A stretch of 32,000 bases of DNA from Pyrodictium abyssi (lineage in GTDB: Archaea; Thermoproteota; Thermoprotei_A; Sulfolobales; Pyrodictiaceae). Under the pieces are notes generated by a model, which made no database searches, was not told the origin of the DNA, and was given only the letters and a program-made list of their open reading frames with translations. Below are positions 18,901 to 26,985 of the stretch, piece after piece (position 1 is the first letter of the stretch; each line of letters begins with the position of its first letter). The position numbers and the translations under genes were made by a program. Where the stretch lies: NCBI RefSeq assembly GCF_036323395.1, contig NZ_AP028907.1, forward strand, positions 1,140,001-1,172,000, read 5' to 3'.

Positions 18901-19680
18901 CATGGTGGCCTGTTAGCAGTACCGGCTCTTGCAGTCTACGGACGGAGTACTGTCATCTACTATGTCGACACAAAGAAGCCTCTATGGAAGGCTCTGCATG
19001 AAGCTCATGCAATCCTCGAGGCTAAGGATTATACCCTCTTTATGTACCATGACTATGTGTCAGAGAAGGATGCACTATATGTGGCAAGTGATGCAAGCGG
19101 GCTAGCGGTACTGCCGCTTTCTCGAGGCAAGCATCCAACAAGCACAAGCGAGGCTGCTACGGCCGCAGCCATACTCCATAGTGTGGCCGCCCTCCTAGCA
19201 TTTACGGAGAATCATGATGAAAAGCTAATCAGTACTAGTGTATACAATGATGCCCGCGGATACATTGTTGAAGCAATCGAGGCAGCACTAAATGGTGACG
19301 CGCTTACTATAGAACTCTTAGTAAAGCATATACTAAAGCGAAATTCAGGGGAAGCGGTAAAGCGTCTAGGCAAAGAAAGGAGCATGAGAGTCATAGAGGG
19401 ATTCATTTCGGAGGCTGCAGAAAACCTAGCTGATGCCAGCGCAGTATCGATAGTCTTGATGAAAGGTCATGGTTATAGTGCAAGAGCCTACCTAATGGAC
19501 GGCTACAGCCTCCCTGTAGAATGTACAGTTGAGGAAAGAGATGAACTGAAGAAGCTGAGAGAATGTACGCGCTCCATGGTGCCCCCTCTCAAGAAGAAGT
19601 ATAGCTACACGTTTGCTTATGCTGGGTCATGCATTTTCCATGTTTTTAATGCTGCAAGAATAACAAGGAATAGCAAGTAA
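15907..19680 (+). CDS. cas10: Cas10/Cmr2, type III-B large subunit with GGDD cyclase motif
   Basis: 1257 aa; N-terminal AVYLHDPPWKPWG, zinc-finger CHVCG...CPYC, ASDGDRMGSGILSG, and palm motif FLYSGGDDAIAILPP. Confidence 0.93.
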   Translation: MPGGILAGTKDVAALKLAVYLHDPPWKPWGIRRSGYAISGCSKEYDACIAEKFAKEFASADSKSVKVLLEKLGLKESLDNNLAEKLAAGLRAAAKVAEDWGKKDVDAKAGKSHERQSLLLLKLLEAFLGGIELKEYMSIARKSYKALLDAVTDLKDRSAAAIRLSDKLASSFDRNVLSVIDEKAEDVNAQVYLNILNPYLGMSINREIEVEKIIEYMAALLVTVGLLLNRTTDSSPLMLYNIVYSFVEPLWYIIVGWRPPVADTRVPHHTVFDHASAAAMVSNWFLETCGRDYGPDGCLAIVDLASVQQWIGEARRLRDAWAASWLASWLAWKSIEPFVEELGPDVLVQPPARLHPFYSSMLLSKLGCEDTESDAICRWAAEALGLRYGWPLDPTVPSRVLIALPHSICSRLEEVIEKAYQQAWRELVKGLAEYVAAAAEAAKLTSIVDDNFCSRLRNGVEQTAPEEAWKRLLCFLRKVNTKELKELLTELEPPLPLRIEIRCINEAKRKLSKILNINCDKEEKHGRCVPAGLVPYRELESLLLYQVLSDGRLWQDTQTGLRSTGRRSGQGYFNYAKKLHGEKAFLNCHVCGIAAAIVDGEMLNKILKEKETRQARKEVLDKIHRLASNLHGERLCPYCLAKRVLRDMLYRDNLAKTLTGLSLPGKVYERLGRVTVDAYTARTRLARSKLVEAIERIVGDPSLVLGVIAVARLGLTAPNKFLEKDEEENILKRIMVTLDKIGEEEISKYYAGTRRKNVAKEIAVYAQAVVLEAVHNYAFIDKKIAEISEPLADFLKKLANDSAVRSVRRRYAIVASDGDRMGSGILSGYLGFRPDSYAEKVLMVKDKTKTASIYRMLVAGYEQAVALLTNSEPNERTVIVTPSYHFSVSRALAAQAVMDRDIVEGLGGFFLYSGGDDAIAILPPADYSKSYIAYPALAAAYAMRRSYWGVGLPLCRDEKDRYYRHALMLEETQNTLASELSRAWIGFTFVPMPGRDPRHGGLLAVPALAVYGRSTVIYYVDTKKPLWKALHEAHAILEAKDYTLFMYHDYVSEKDALYVASDASGLAVLPLSRGKHPTSTSEAATAAAILHSVAALLAFTENHDEKLISTSVYNDARGYIVEAIEAALNGDALTIELLVKHILKRNSGEAVKRLGKERSMRVIEGFISEAAENLADASAVSIVLMKGHGYSARAYLMDGYSLPVECTVEERDELKKLRECTRSMVPPLKKKYSYTFAYAGSCIFHVFNAARITRNSK

Positions 19681-19706
19681 CTGTAAACGAGAGGTGAAGT
19701 AGTAAG

Positions 19707-20711
19707 ATGCACGTCTATAAACTAGTTATAGACACACCACAACCCATAGTATTCCGTCGCCCTTCCGATAATAACGCAGCTGCAACGGGACCGGCAGTAG
19801 AAGGTGCAACGCTTGACCAGCCGCTACCAAGTACACTAGCAGGACTTCTAGCGGATATTGCCCGCCAGAACGGTCTTTGCAGTCCAAGAAACTGCGGCTC
19901 TACAGGATTTGAAAACATATCCGATTGTCTTGCCAAACTACTAGGAGAAGGCTATCATATCTATAGTGGATTCGCTGTTAGAGAAGCAGACGAACTCCTT
20001 GTATACACACCTGCCGGGTATAAACCCGTTGACATGCTAACTGACCCTAATGTAGAGCCTATTAAGCCTCCTCGGCATTCTAGAATAGGCATAGCTTTGA
20101 AGCCTGCGTTAAAAACTGTTCGGGAAGGATTGCTCTACACTATAGAATTAGTTGATCCGTATATTGCAGGCATAAGGTATACGTCAATAATATATTCGCC
20201 AAACCCAAGTAGCACTGTTACATTAATTCAGAAAGGACTAGCAGTCCGCTTTGGTGGAGAAAATCGAACAACACTATTGCGCCTAGAAGAGCTAAGTAGA
20301 GAACCTCTGGACCTATTAATAAGACCACGGAATAGCAACTGTAAGGAATGGGTATTACACTTCGCATCACCAGCTCTACTAGAGGAAAGCCCTTGGGACA
20401 AGGGGAACCCTGTAACACTTACAACAAGAAGCGCAGAATATGTTGCTAGACTACTATTAAAAAACAGTGAGGGGCAAGTCAAGGTCAAGTCTATAATAAT
20501 TCCAAAGAGTATACCAGGTTTTGAGGTGATCGCACCCGGATGGTGTACACCAGAACAAAGACCTAGAAGACCATATCTCCATGTGCCAGCTGGTACTCGA
20601 ATCGTTCTTGAAGCCGATAAGCATAGTATTGAAAATATTGTGAGCGAGGGTATTGGCTGTTGTAGCGCCTACGGCTGGGGAACAGTAGTAGCTATATGCA
20701 ATAGTAGTTAG
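19707..20711 (+). CDS. cmr3: type III-B RAMP protein Cmr3
   Basis: 334 aa; MHVYKLVIDTPQPIVFRRPSDN...LPSTLAGLLADIARQNG; final gene of a standard cmr order. Confidence 0.82.
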   Translation: MHVYKLVIDTPQPIVFRRPSDNNAAATGPAVEGATLDQPLPSTLAGLLADIARQNGLCSPRNCGSTGFENISDCLAKLLGEGYHIYSGFAVREADELLVYTPAGYKPVDMLTDPNVEPIKPPRHSRIGIALKPALKTVREGLLYTIELVDPYIAGIRYTSIIYSPNPSSTVTLIQKGLAVRFGGENRTTLLRLEELSREPLDLLIRPRNSNCKEWVLHFASPALLEESPWDKGNPVTLTTRSAEYVARLLLKNSEGQVKVKSIIIPKSIPGFEVIAPGWCTPEQRPRRPYLHVPAGTRIVLEADKHSIENIVSEGIGCCSAYGWGTVVAICNSS

Positions 20712-20775
20712 TTTATTAATTCCAGAACTTTTTAGCAAAGCTAGTACCCATTAGTTTCAATTATTAAAAATCATA

Positions 20776-22476
20776 TTATGCATTATGACTAGTCGCTAGC
20801 TTGTATAAGTACTCGGCTATTGTCACTAGCTTGTCTCGGGGTACGTGTATCCGTTCTTCTATGTTTTCTTGATCGATTCTTATGTTGCCTATTCCGCTAG
20901 GTAGGCCTGCGTGCGCGTAGAAGTTTCGCTCGTCAAGCCGTCGCTGGGGCGGTCTTCGGCCTCTTCGTATATATTCCTCTTTATCCCTTAGCTCGTTTAG
21001 CAGTATTGTGGCGCCCGGTTCCGGCAGGAGTTCCTTGATTACTTCTTTGTTTTTACTGGCTGGTCTTACCGTTATCTCGATCGTTTCCATGTGTGGGTTG
21101 TTTTGTTCTTTGTCTGCTAGCGTTATATCTGCGTCTATGGCGCTTGCTAGCTGGCTTGCTATAGTCGCGCTTGTGTGGAGTGAGGCCTGTAGTGGTAGTG
21201 TTAGGAGGAGCTGCTCGGGTTCTTCTTCTACGTGTTCTAGGTAGGTTATCTTGGCTTTGGTGTACTCTTGGCCGTCTTTTCCTTGTTCCTGGCTGATGGT
21301 TATGTCTAGGCTGTTAGTGAGTGCCAACCTGTGCATCTTTGCTGGGTGTGCGCTGTGGCCGAGCCTGTCTAGGAGGCTGCTGGCGAGCTTTGCTGCTGCT
21401 ATGGTCCATGCTGCGGCTCCGGCTGCTGCTGCGGCGGTTGCTGAGGTGAGGAGGCGTCGGGCTGGCTGGTCGGGTAGCAGCGTTTCCAGGTAGCTGTCTA
21501 TCTCGTCTACGTGGCTGTATGCGCTCGAGAGTATGCTGTATACCGCCTGGAGGGTCATGGCCTGGCGAGTGACTATGTGGACCTTGAGACTCCAGCCAGT
21601 CTTCTTTGCTTCTTCCTGTGCCTCCTTTGGGAGGATGGGGTAGGGGTCGCTGTTCACGACCTCGAGGACTACGTCCTCTCTTCGCCCGCTTGCGCGCTGC
21701 GCTAGCGCGTAGAGCGCGGTGGCGGTGCGGGCTGCGTCAAGGCCTGCTAGCGTGGCGTAGTTTAGCCCGTGCGTCGTGTCCACTATGACCACGTCTATGG
21801 GCTTGCTCTGGGCTTTCTCGGCTTCTAGGAGGAACCCTAGCACCCTGGAGGCGATGGCTCCCCTCATCCACTCGAAGAATAGCCTCCGCCGGGTCTCCCG
21901 GACGCTGTGCATCACCAGGTATCTCTTGCCGCTCTTCTCCAGGACCGGCTGTGTCACTAGGAGGGGGTACGCGTCTACGTCTAGGTAGATGCGGCTGTCT
22001 ACACGCGTACCCTGGACGTGAAGTTCCCCGTGCCGGTATCCTTTAGTCTTCTGGCGTACGAGGCTCTGCATGGCCTCTAACACGCGTTCTCCGTAGCCGA
22101 GCTGCTTGCTGTACTCCTCGGCCTTGTCGTCCAGGACTTGAAGGAGCGTGTTGAGCGACTCGGCTACGACCCGGAACCGGGGCGCACGGCAGGAGCTGCT
22201 TGGTATGCTGCCGCAGAGCCGCCGAAGAGTCTCCTCGACGCCGCCGCTGGCGGCGAGCCCTGCTGTGTACAGGGTATCCGGCATCAGGGCCAGCACGCTA
22301 ACAGCGCAGACCCCGGGAACCTGGTTTGCGAGCACGTCGGCTACAGCGAAGGTGGTGGAGAACGACCTAGCAGGATACGTTCTCACGCTGCGGCGTAACA
22401 GGCTCCTACCAACCTCGACATAGTAGTCCGTAAGCCTCCACTGGGCAGGATTGCCCCAGACAGCAACAACACCCAC
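20776..22476 (-). CDS. csx1: CARF-HEPN ribonuclease, Csx1-like
   Basis: CARF signatures GVVAVWGNPAQWRLTDYYVEV and VVIVDTTHGLNYATLAG; HEPN catalytic RxxxxH in ERNFYAHAGLPSG. ORF track starts at 22629; GTG 22476, immediately before GVVAVWGNPAQW, is the likelier start. Confidence 0.85.
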   Translation of the reverse strand: MGVVAVWGNPAQWRLTDYYVEVGRSLLRRSVRTYPARSFSTTFAVADVLANQVPGVCAVSVLALMPDTLYTAGLAASGGVEETLRRLCGSIPSSSCRAPRFRVVAESLNTLLQVLDDKAEEYSKQLGYGERVLEAMQSLVRQKTKGYRHGELHVQGTRVDSRIYLDVDAYPLLVTQPVLEKSGKRYLVMHSVRETRRRLFFEWMRGAIASRVLGFLLEAEKAQSKPIDVVIVDTTHGLNYATLAGLDAARTATALYALAQRASGRREDVVLEVVNSDPYPILPKEAQEEAKKTGWSLKVHIVTRQAMTLQAVYSILSSAYSHVDEIDSYLETLLPDQPARRLLTSATAAAAAGAAAWTIAAAKLASSLLDRLGHSAHPAKMHRLALTNSLDITISQEQGKDGQEYTKAKITYLEHVEEEPEQLLLTLPLQASLHTSATIASQLASAIDADITLADKEQNNPHMETIEITVRPASKNKEVIKELLPEPGATILLNELRDKEEYIRRGRRPPQRRLDERNFYAHAGLPSGIGNIRIDQENIEERIHVPRDKLVTIAEYLYKLATSHNA

Positions 22477-22689
22477 ATGGACGCCACTACAGCCAGCCAA
22501 GACGGCAACCCCAACAAGCCTGCCTCCTAGCCCTGGAGACTCGGGAAGACGCACGACCGCAATACCGAAGACAACAACATATAACCTCCACGCATTAACA
22601 AACACAAGCCGAACACGTAAGCAGAGCACAGAAAACGAGTCAAAAACAAGACCATAGAGTAAAAGAATAGAACATCAACTACAAATACA

Positions 22690-22978
22690 GCATACTACAG
22701 TCTCTCACCATGCACGCTCCGGTACCTCTTATCCTTTTCTCTCGTCAACACAGGCACAGAGGGCAAGACATAAATATGGCTGGACTCGTGAAATCGATTA
22801 GAACAGTATTAGTCATGTAGGATAAACACCATTGATGGAACCATCGGTGATGATCACGCATTAGCCTGGGATGGACTAGACATAGACAAGCTGGACACGC
22901 AGAGCTAGAGCCCCAATAGAGCATAGACAAGATATAAATAACACAGGTGAAGACGGTATGTAGAGTGGACAACCTGCA
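22690..22978 (+). promoter_or_regulatory. CRISPR leader 3
   Basis: Homologous to leaders 1 and 2: CTTATCCTTT...AAATCGATTAGAA...GGATAAACACCATTGATGGAACCATCGGTGATGATCACGCATTA (22820-22863)...GATATAAATAACAC...GTAGAGTGGACAACCTGCA. Confidence 0.85.
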
Positions 22979-23623
22979 GAATCATAACAAATAGAACTGA
23001 AAGTTCAATACATACTTTCAATCGTTTTGACACGTTTCATCACCTCTTCGAATCATAACAAATAGAACTGAAAGCCGTGTTAATCGTTAGGCATGGACCA
23101 TATTTAGGCCTTGCTTGAATCATAACAAATAGAACTGAAAGTTCCCCTTTTTACATCAGCTAGGTGTGGGCTATGAGCGAGAGGAATCATAACAAATAGA
23201 ACTGAAAGTTCTCCAGCGGGCCCGCACCTCGACGTCGGAGAATGACAGCCCGAATCATAACAAATAGAACTGAAAGTCTACGAGGAGCGTATACTGAGGC
23301 GTGCTCGCACCGGTAAGAATCATAACAAATAGAACTGAAAGTTGGTTCACCCGGAATCCTAGCCGTTTGAAGAACTCGGCTACGAATCATAACAAATAGA
23401 ACTGAAAGAGTACCGGGTTGCGCTCCGGCTCTTCCGGCTGCTCTTGGGCCTGGAATCATAACAAATAGAACTGAAAGGGCTATAGCTGCCTCTATGCCAG
23501 CATAGCCGTGGACCCGGGCGAATCATAACAAATAGAACTGAAAGATAATCGTCTCAGGCGGTATAACCCCATTACTGCACTCGTAGAAGAATCATAACAA
23601 ATAAAAACAAATAAAACTGAAAG
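22979..23623 (+). CRISPR. CRISPR array 3: 10 repeats, 9 spacers (40-46 nt)
   Basis: Same 25-nt repeat; the terminal copy (23589-23623) is 35 nt because of an internal 10-nt tandem duplication. Confidence 0.97.
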
Positions 23624-23785
23624 TGAGAAAGATAAGTACCAGCTTATTCCTCTGACAAGTCAGCACCAAAGAAGAGGAGTTATACAAAATAGAACTGATT
23701 GGCGAGAGCGCGCATAGAATTGGAGGGTTTGATGTATGCCGGGTGGCTGGCGTGGGTGTGGCCGGGTTTCTGTGACTTGGGGTGT

Positions 23786-25306
23786 CTAGCTGCTTGTTGT
23801 GTTCCTTGGGGTTTTGATTGCTTCTAGTAGCTTGTGGGCTGCTTGCTCAACGGTCTCCCGGTCTATTAGGCTCATTTCTCTGATGCGTGTCACGCCCTGC
23901 TTGGTGGGTTCGCAGGTCTTTACGTGTATGTCGTTGTTCTCCACTACTATGCATGCTTGTTCCTCTTTGCTTATCCTGCCGTGCATTAGCCTGTTGCGTA
24001 GCTGGCGCGCCGTCTCGAAGGCCTTGGCTAGCTGGTTGTCTCCTCTCCGTAGCTCTTGCTCTATTCTCTGCCATTCTTCGCCTCCAACGGGTACCGGTGT
24101 GCCTCGGGTGTGGCTGTTGGCTAGTAGTGTGGCTACTAGCCATTCTCTCGCGACGCTTAGGGCGCGGTCGGGGTAGCCTTTGTCCAGCATCTCCTGGAGG
24201 ATCCTCTCTACTAGCTCCTGGTTGCTGGGCTCCCGGCGTGTCTCGGGGTCTAGGCCTAGCCGCCTGAGGAGCTCGGCGGTGAGGATGATCACCGCGTCTG
24301 CCAGGGGGACCCATGGGGGCGCTGCCGAGTGCTCTACCCACTTCTCGGTGTGGGGGTTCTCGTCTACCGGGTACTCCTTCTCTATCAGGCTGTCTAGGGA
24401 GTCCCGGGCTTCTGGCAGCCTCTCTGCTAGGCGGCGCGCGGTGCCCCGTAGTATGGGTGCCTGTCCGCTCCTTATCCCCCAGAGTAGGGCTTCCGCCATT
24501 CTCAGCACGGAGGCTGCCTTTCCGTAGACCTCCCGGTGCCTGGGGCCCAGCTGCCTCCCGGCCTCGTGGAGCAGGTCTAGGGGTAGGAGGCGCTCGTCTA
24601 GCATGCTCCAGGCTGCTGCTCCTGCTGCTATCTCCCGGACTAGCGCTGCTGAGCCGGTCATGTCCAGGAACTCTACGGGGTCGTCGCCGGGCCTGCCGAG
24701 CACCGGGGCGGCGTAGACGCGTAGCCTCGCGCCGTGGACTATGGGGAGTAGGGATGCTGCTAGCAGCGCGGCGGAGACTAGCACGTTCGAGCCGTGGGTT
24801 AGGTCGAGGCAGACTGTGGAGCCCCTGGCTGCGTACCTGCGGAGCACGGTGTAGACTAGGCTGAAGACTAGGTGGAAGCTGTAGCCGGGGTAGCGCCTTC
24901 TCCCGCCGCGCGCTACTAGCACCTCGCCGCTCTTCCCCACCACTCTTAGGGGCGCGGCGACCCCGGGGTGCGGTGCCACGTAGCAGTCGAAGCCCCGGGC
25001 TAGGAGCTTCTCGGCCAGCTCATCCCTAGTAGTGGCGTCCACGGTCTCTCTGCCTCTCTGGACTAGTAGCCGGCGGCCGCCGGCCCCGGCCTTGGCCTCT
25101 AGGAGGAGCCGGTAGCTGTCGCAGTGGTTGTCCTCGAAGAGGGTCTCCGGCACTATTACCGCGAGGCGGCCTGGCTGGGTGGCCTCGGCCAGCGCCGCGG
25201 CGCTCACGAAGCTCGTGTGCAGCCTCCCGTCGGGCGTAGCGTAGTTCACCAGGCTGTACCCGGTGACGTCCCCGGCTATCCAGACAAGCGCGTCGCACAC
25301 AGCCAC
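23786..25306 (-). CDS. second CARF-HEPN (Csx1/Csm6-like) ribonuclease
   Basis: From GTG 25306: VAVCDALVWIAGDVTGYSLVNYATPDGRLHTSFVSAAAL...TVCLDLTHGSNVLVSAAL (CARF) and C-terminal ETARQLRNRLMHGR (HEPN RxxxxH). In the ORF track this is fused in frame to upstream sequence. Confidence 0.78.
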   Translation of the reverse strand: MAVCDALVWIAGDVTGYSLVNYATPDGRLHTSFVSAAALAEATQPGRLAVIVPETLFEDNHCDSYRLLLEAKAGAGGRRLLVQRGRETVDATTRDELAEKLLARGFDCYVAPHPGVAAPLRVVGKSGEVLVARGGRRRYPGYSFHLVFSLVYTVLRRYAARGSTVCLDLTHGSNVLVSAALLAASLLPIVHGARLRVYAAPVLGRPGDDPVEFLDMTGSAALVREIAAGAAAWSMLDERLLPLDLLHEAGRQLGPRHREVYGKAASVLRMAEALLWGIRSGQAPILRGTARRLAERLPEARDSLDSLIEKEYPVDENPHTEKWVEHSAAPPWVPLADAVIILTAELLRRLGLDPETRREPSNQELVERILQEMLDKGYPDRALSVAREWLVATLLANSHTRGTPVPVGGEEWQRIEQELRRGDNQLAKAFETARQLRNRLMHGRISKEEQACIVVENNDIHVKTCEPTKQGVTRIREMSLIDRETVEQAAHKLLEAIKTPRNTTSS

Positions 25307-25326
25307 GGAACCAGCACCCCCGGGGG

Positions 25327-25942
25327 CTAGGGGTAGAGCACTATGGCCCGGGCCTCGCCGGTCACCAGCCTTCTCAGCGCCTCGGGAAGGCCGGGGTACT
25401 CGCTGAGCACGCTGCAGCCCTCGCGGAGGCCTCTCGAGCACCGTGTCTAGGTCGTAGTTCCGGAGCACGTTGAGCGCGGCCGCGGCGGCCTGGCAGGCGT
25501 CCTGGGGCACGATGGTGGTGACCATCGTCCCCGGCTGGCCTATGGCAGCGCGCGCAGCAGCCACGGCCATCGACGCCCGGCCGCCCGTGACGTCTACCAC
25601 GTCGCCGGGGCCTATGTGGCGGCTCACGGCCTCGTGGTACAGCTCGTAGGCCCTCCTAGAGTCTATGTCCGCGGCCTCTACCGGGGCTAGCCCGGTGCTC
25701 GCGACGCGGCATGGGAGCCGGCGGGAATCGCCCTCGGGGAACACCGTGTAGCTGCAGTGGACGAGGAGCCTCGCTATTCTTGCAGCCCGGACGACCCCGG
25801 GAGCAGACGTATGCACTATAACCACAGTATCCACGGGCACCGCCGGGCTATAGGGGGCGTCGTACCGGCCCCGGCAGACGCTGAGCAGCGCCTCGTAGAC
25901 GACCCCGGGACTCGTACCCATGGTAGCCACGAGCCTAGCCAC
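25327..25942 (-). CDS. CARF protein, possibly Crn1-like ring nuclease, with an apparent single-base frameshift
   Basis: GTG 25942: VARLVATMGTSPGVVYEALLSV...PVDTVVIVHTSAPGVVRAARIARLLV...GPGDVVDVTGGRASMAVAAARAAI. After VLRNYDLDTVLE, coding character moves to the adjacent frame (RGLREGCSVLSEYPGLPEALRRLVTGEARAIVLYP*), ending at TAG 25327-25329, 20 nt before the next gene's GTG. Confidence 0.6.
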
Positions 25943-26793
25943 AGACTCGGCACCACAAACACTAGAAACCAGGACACATATATAGATGAAGCACCGTGAA
26001 CCACACCCCGTAGCCCATCCACTCCATCCCGTAGAGGCCATAGACACCCTACACCCAACGCGCATGCAACCCATACAACACAGAAACTAACACCATTCTC
26101 TCCCACCGTCTGTTTGCTTCGTCGATCCTCTGTTCTGGAGTGTTTCAGTTCCAACTTCAAGTCCATGAGAACACGTAATCAGCGGATTTGAAAGCCGCCG
26201 TGGGAACACGCCAGGTCTCATTAAATACCAGACAGATAGACAAGGAGATACCTGGACGTGCAGAATTCCCAACAGGGAACCATACATTCAACACAAGGCA
26301 TAACTCAATAGAGAATTGAAAGATTAGACTGTCTAGTTCCATGGTGTCTTGGCGGTCAAGAGCCTCTTGTGCATAATCCTCGCCGACGTCCATGGCCCCC
26401 CGGGACGAAGCCCGTGCGGGTTGGCGAGAAGGCGGCTGTTACCAGGATCTTCAGCTTGAGGCTCACGTTCTCCAGGCCTATTGCCCCGCTCTGCCGGTAG
26501 CCCATGTGCATCTAGGTCGTCGCCGCGGTGCTAGCCATCGCGGCCCCGTGGCGCCGCGGCGCTGGCACGGCTCGGCGGAGAATTGCGGGCTTCTGGCCGG
26601 GTGTATCGCCCCCTTCCCTGGCGCCGGGTACGGCTCGATGGAGAGCTGTAGGCTCTTGGCCTCTGCCGTGTCTATGCTGCTGACCGCCTCCGCGGCGCGC
26701 GGTCTATCTGCCGCGCCAGGACCCAGACGTAGCCTAGGGACTCGCGGTACTCCATAAAGCTCATAGCACGGCCACCCCCAGGCCTATAGACGG

Positions 26794-26985
26794 GTGCAGC
26801 AGGGCGTGGCCCAGAAAGCCAGGGTAGTTAGAGCTGAGAGCTGGGAGGAGCTCCCAGAGGTCCTCGAGCCAGGCGTGGTGTATGACGTGGACGGTGTAAT
26901 AATTAGGCCTAGGGTGAGGCTCTCCAGGGACGAGGCCAGGGGTATAGCGCTCGGCGTCAAAGAGATGGTGAGTAGGCAAGCCTAG
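26794..26985 (+). CDS. small hypothetical protein
   Basis: 63 aa; VRAESWEELPEVLEPGVVYDVDGVIIRPRVRLSRDEARGIALGVKEMVSRQA is more protein-like than the antisense ORF 26761..26979. Confidence 0.45.
   Translation: MQQGVAQKARVVRAESWEELPEVLEPGVVYDVDGVIIRPRVRLSRDEARGIALGVKEMVSRQA

Noticed and set aside
15254-19406. Antisense ORFs across cmr6, cas10 (15254..15469, 16011..16211, 17080..17292, 17166..17459, 17907..18495, 19212..19406)
   Set aside because: Short, overlapping strongly supported cas genes, without any family signal.
22477-22629. N-terminal extension of the csx1 ORF
   Set aside because: Lacks homology-like features and lies upstream of the conserved GVVAVWGNPAQW start; likely 5' untranslated sequence.
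23786-26074. Single 762 aa dual-CARF-HEPN fusion protein
   Set aside because: The linker is non-protein-like, while the adjacent frame gives a natural C-terminus with a stop 20 nt before a good GTG start; two genes with an indel is the simpler reading. Kept as a finding in case the fusion is real.
26392-26757. 121 aa plus-strand ORF between the CARF genes and the small hypothetical genes
   Set aside because: Low-complexity alternative-frame character and no recognised motif; not strong enough to call a gene.
26761-26979. 72 aa minus-strand ORF
   Set aside because: The opposite-strand ORF 26794..26985 is more protein-like in composition.
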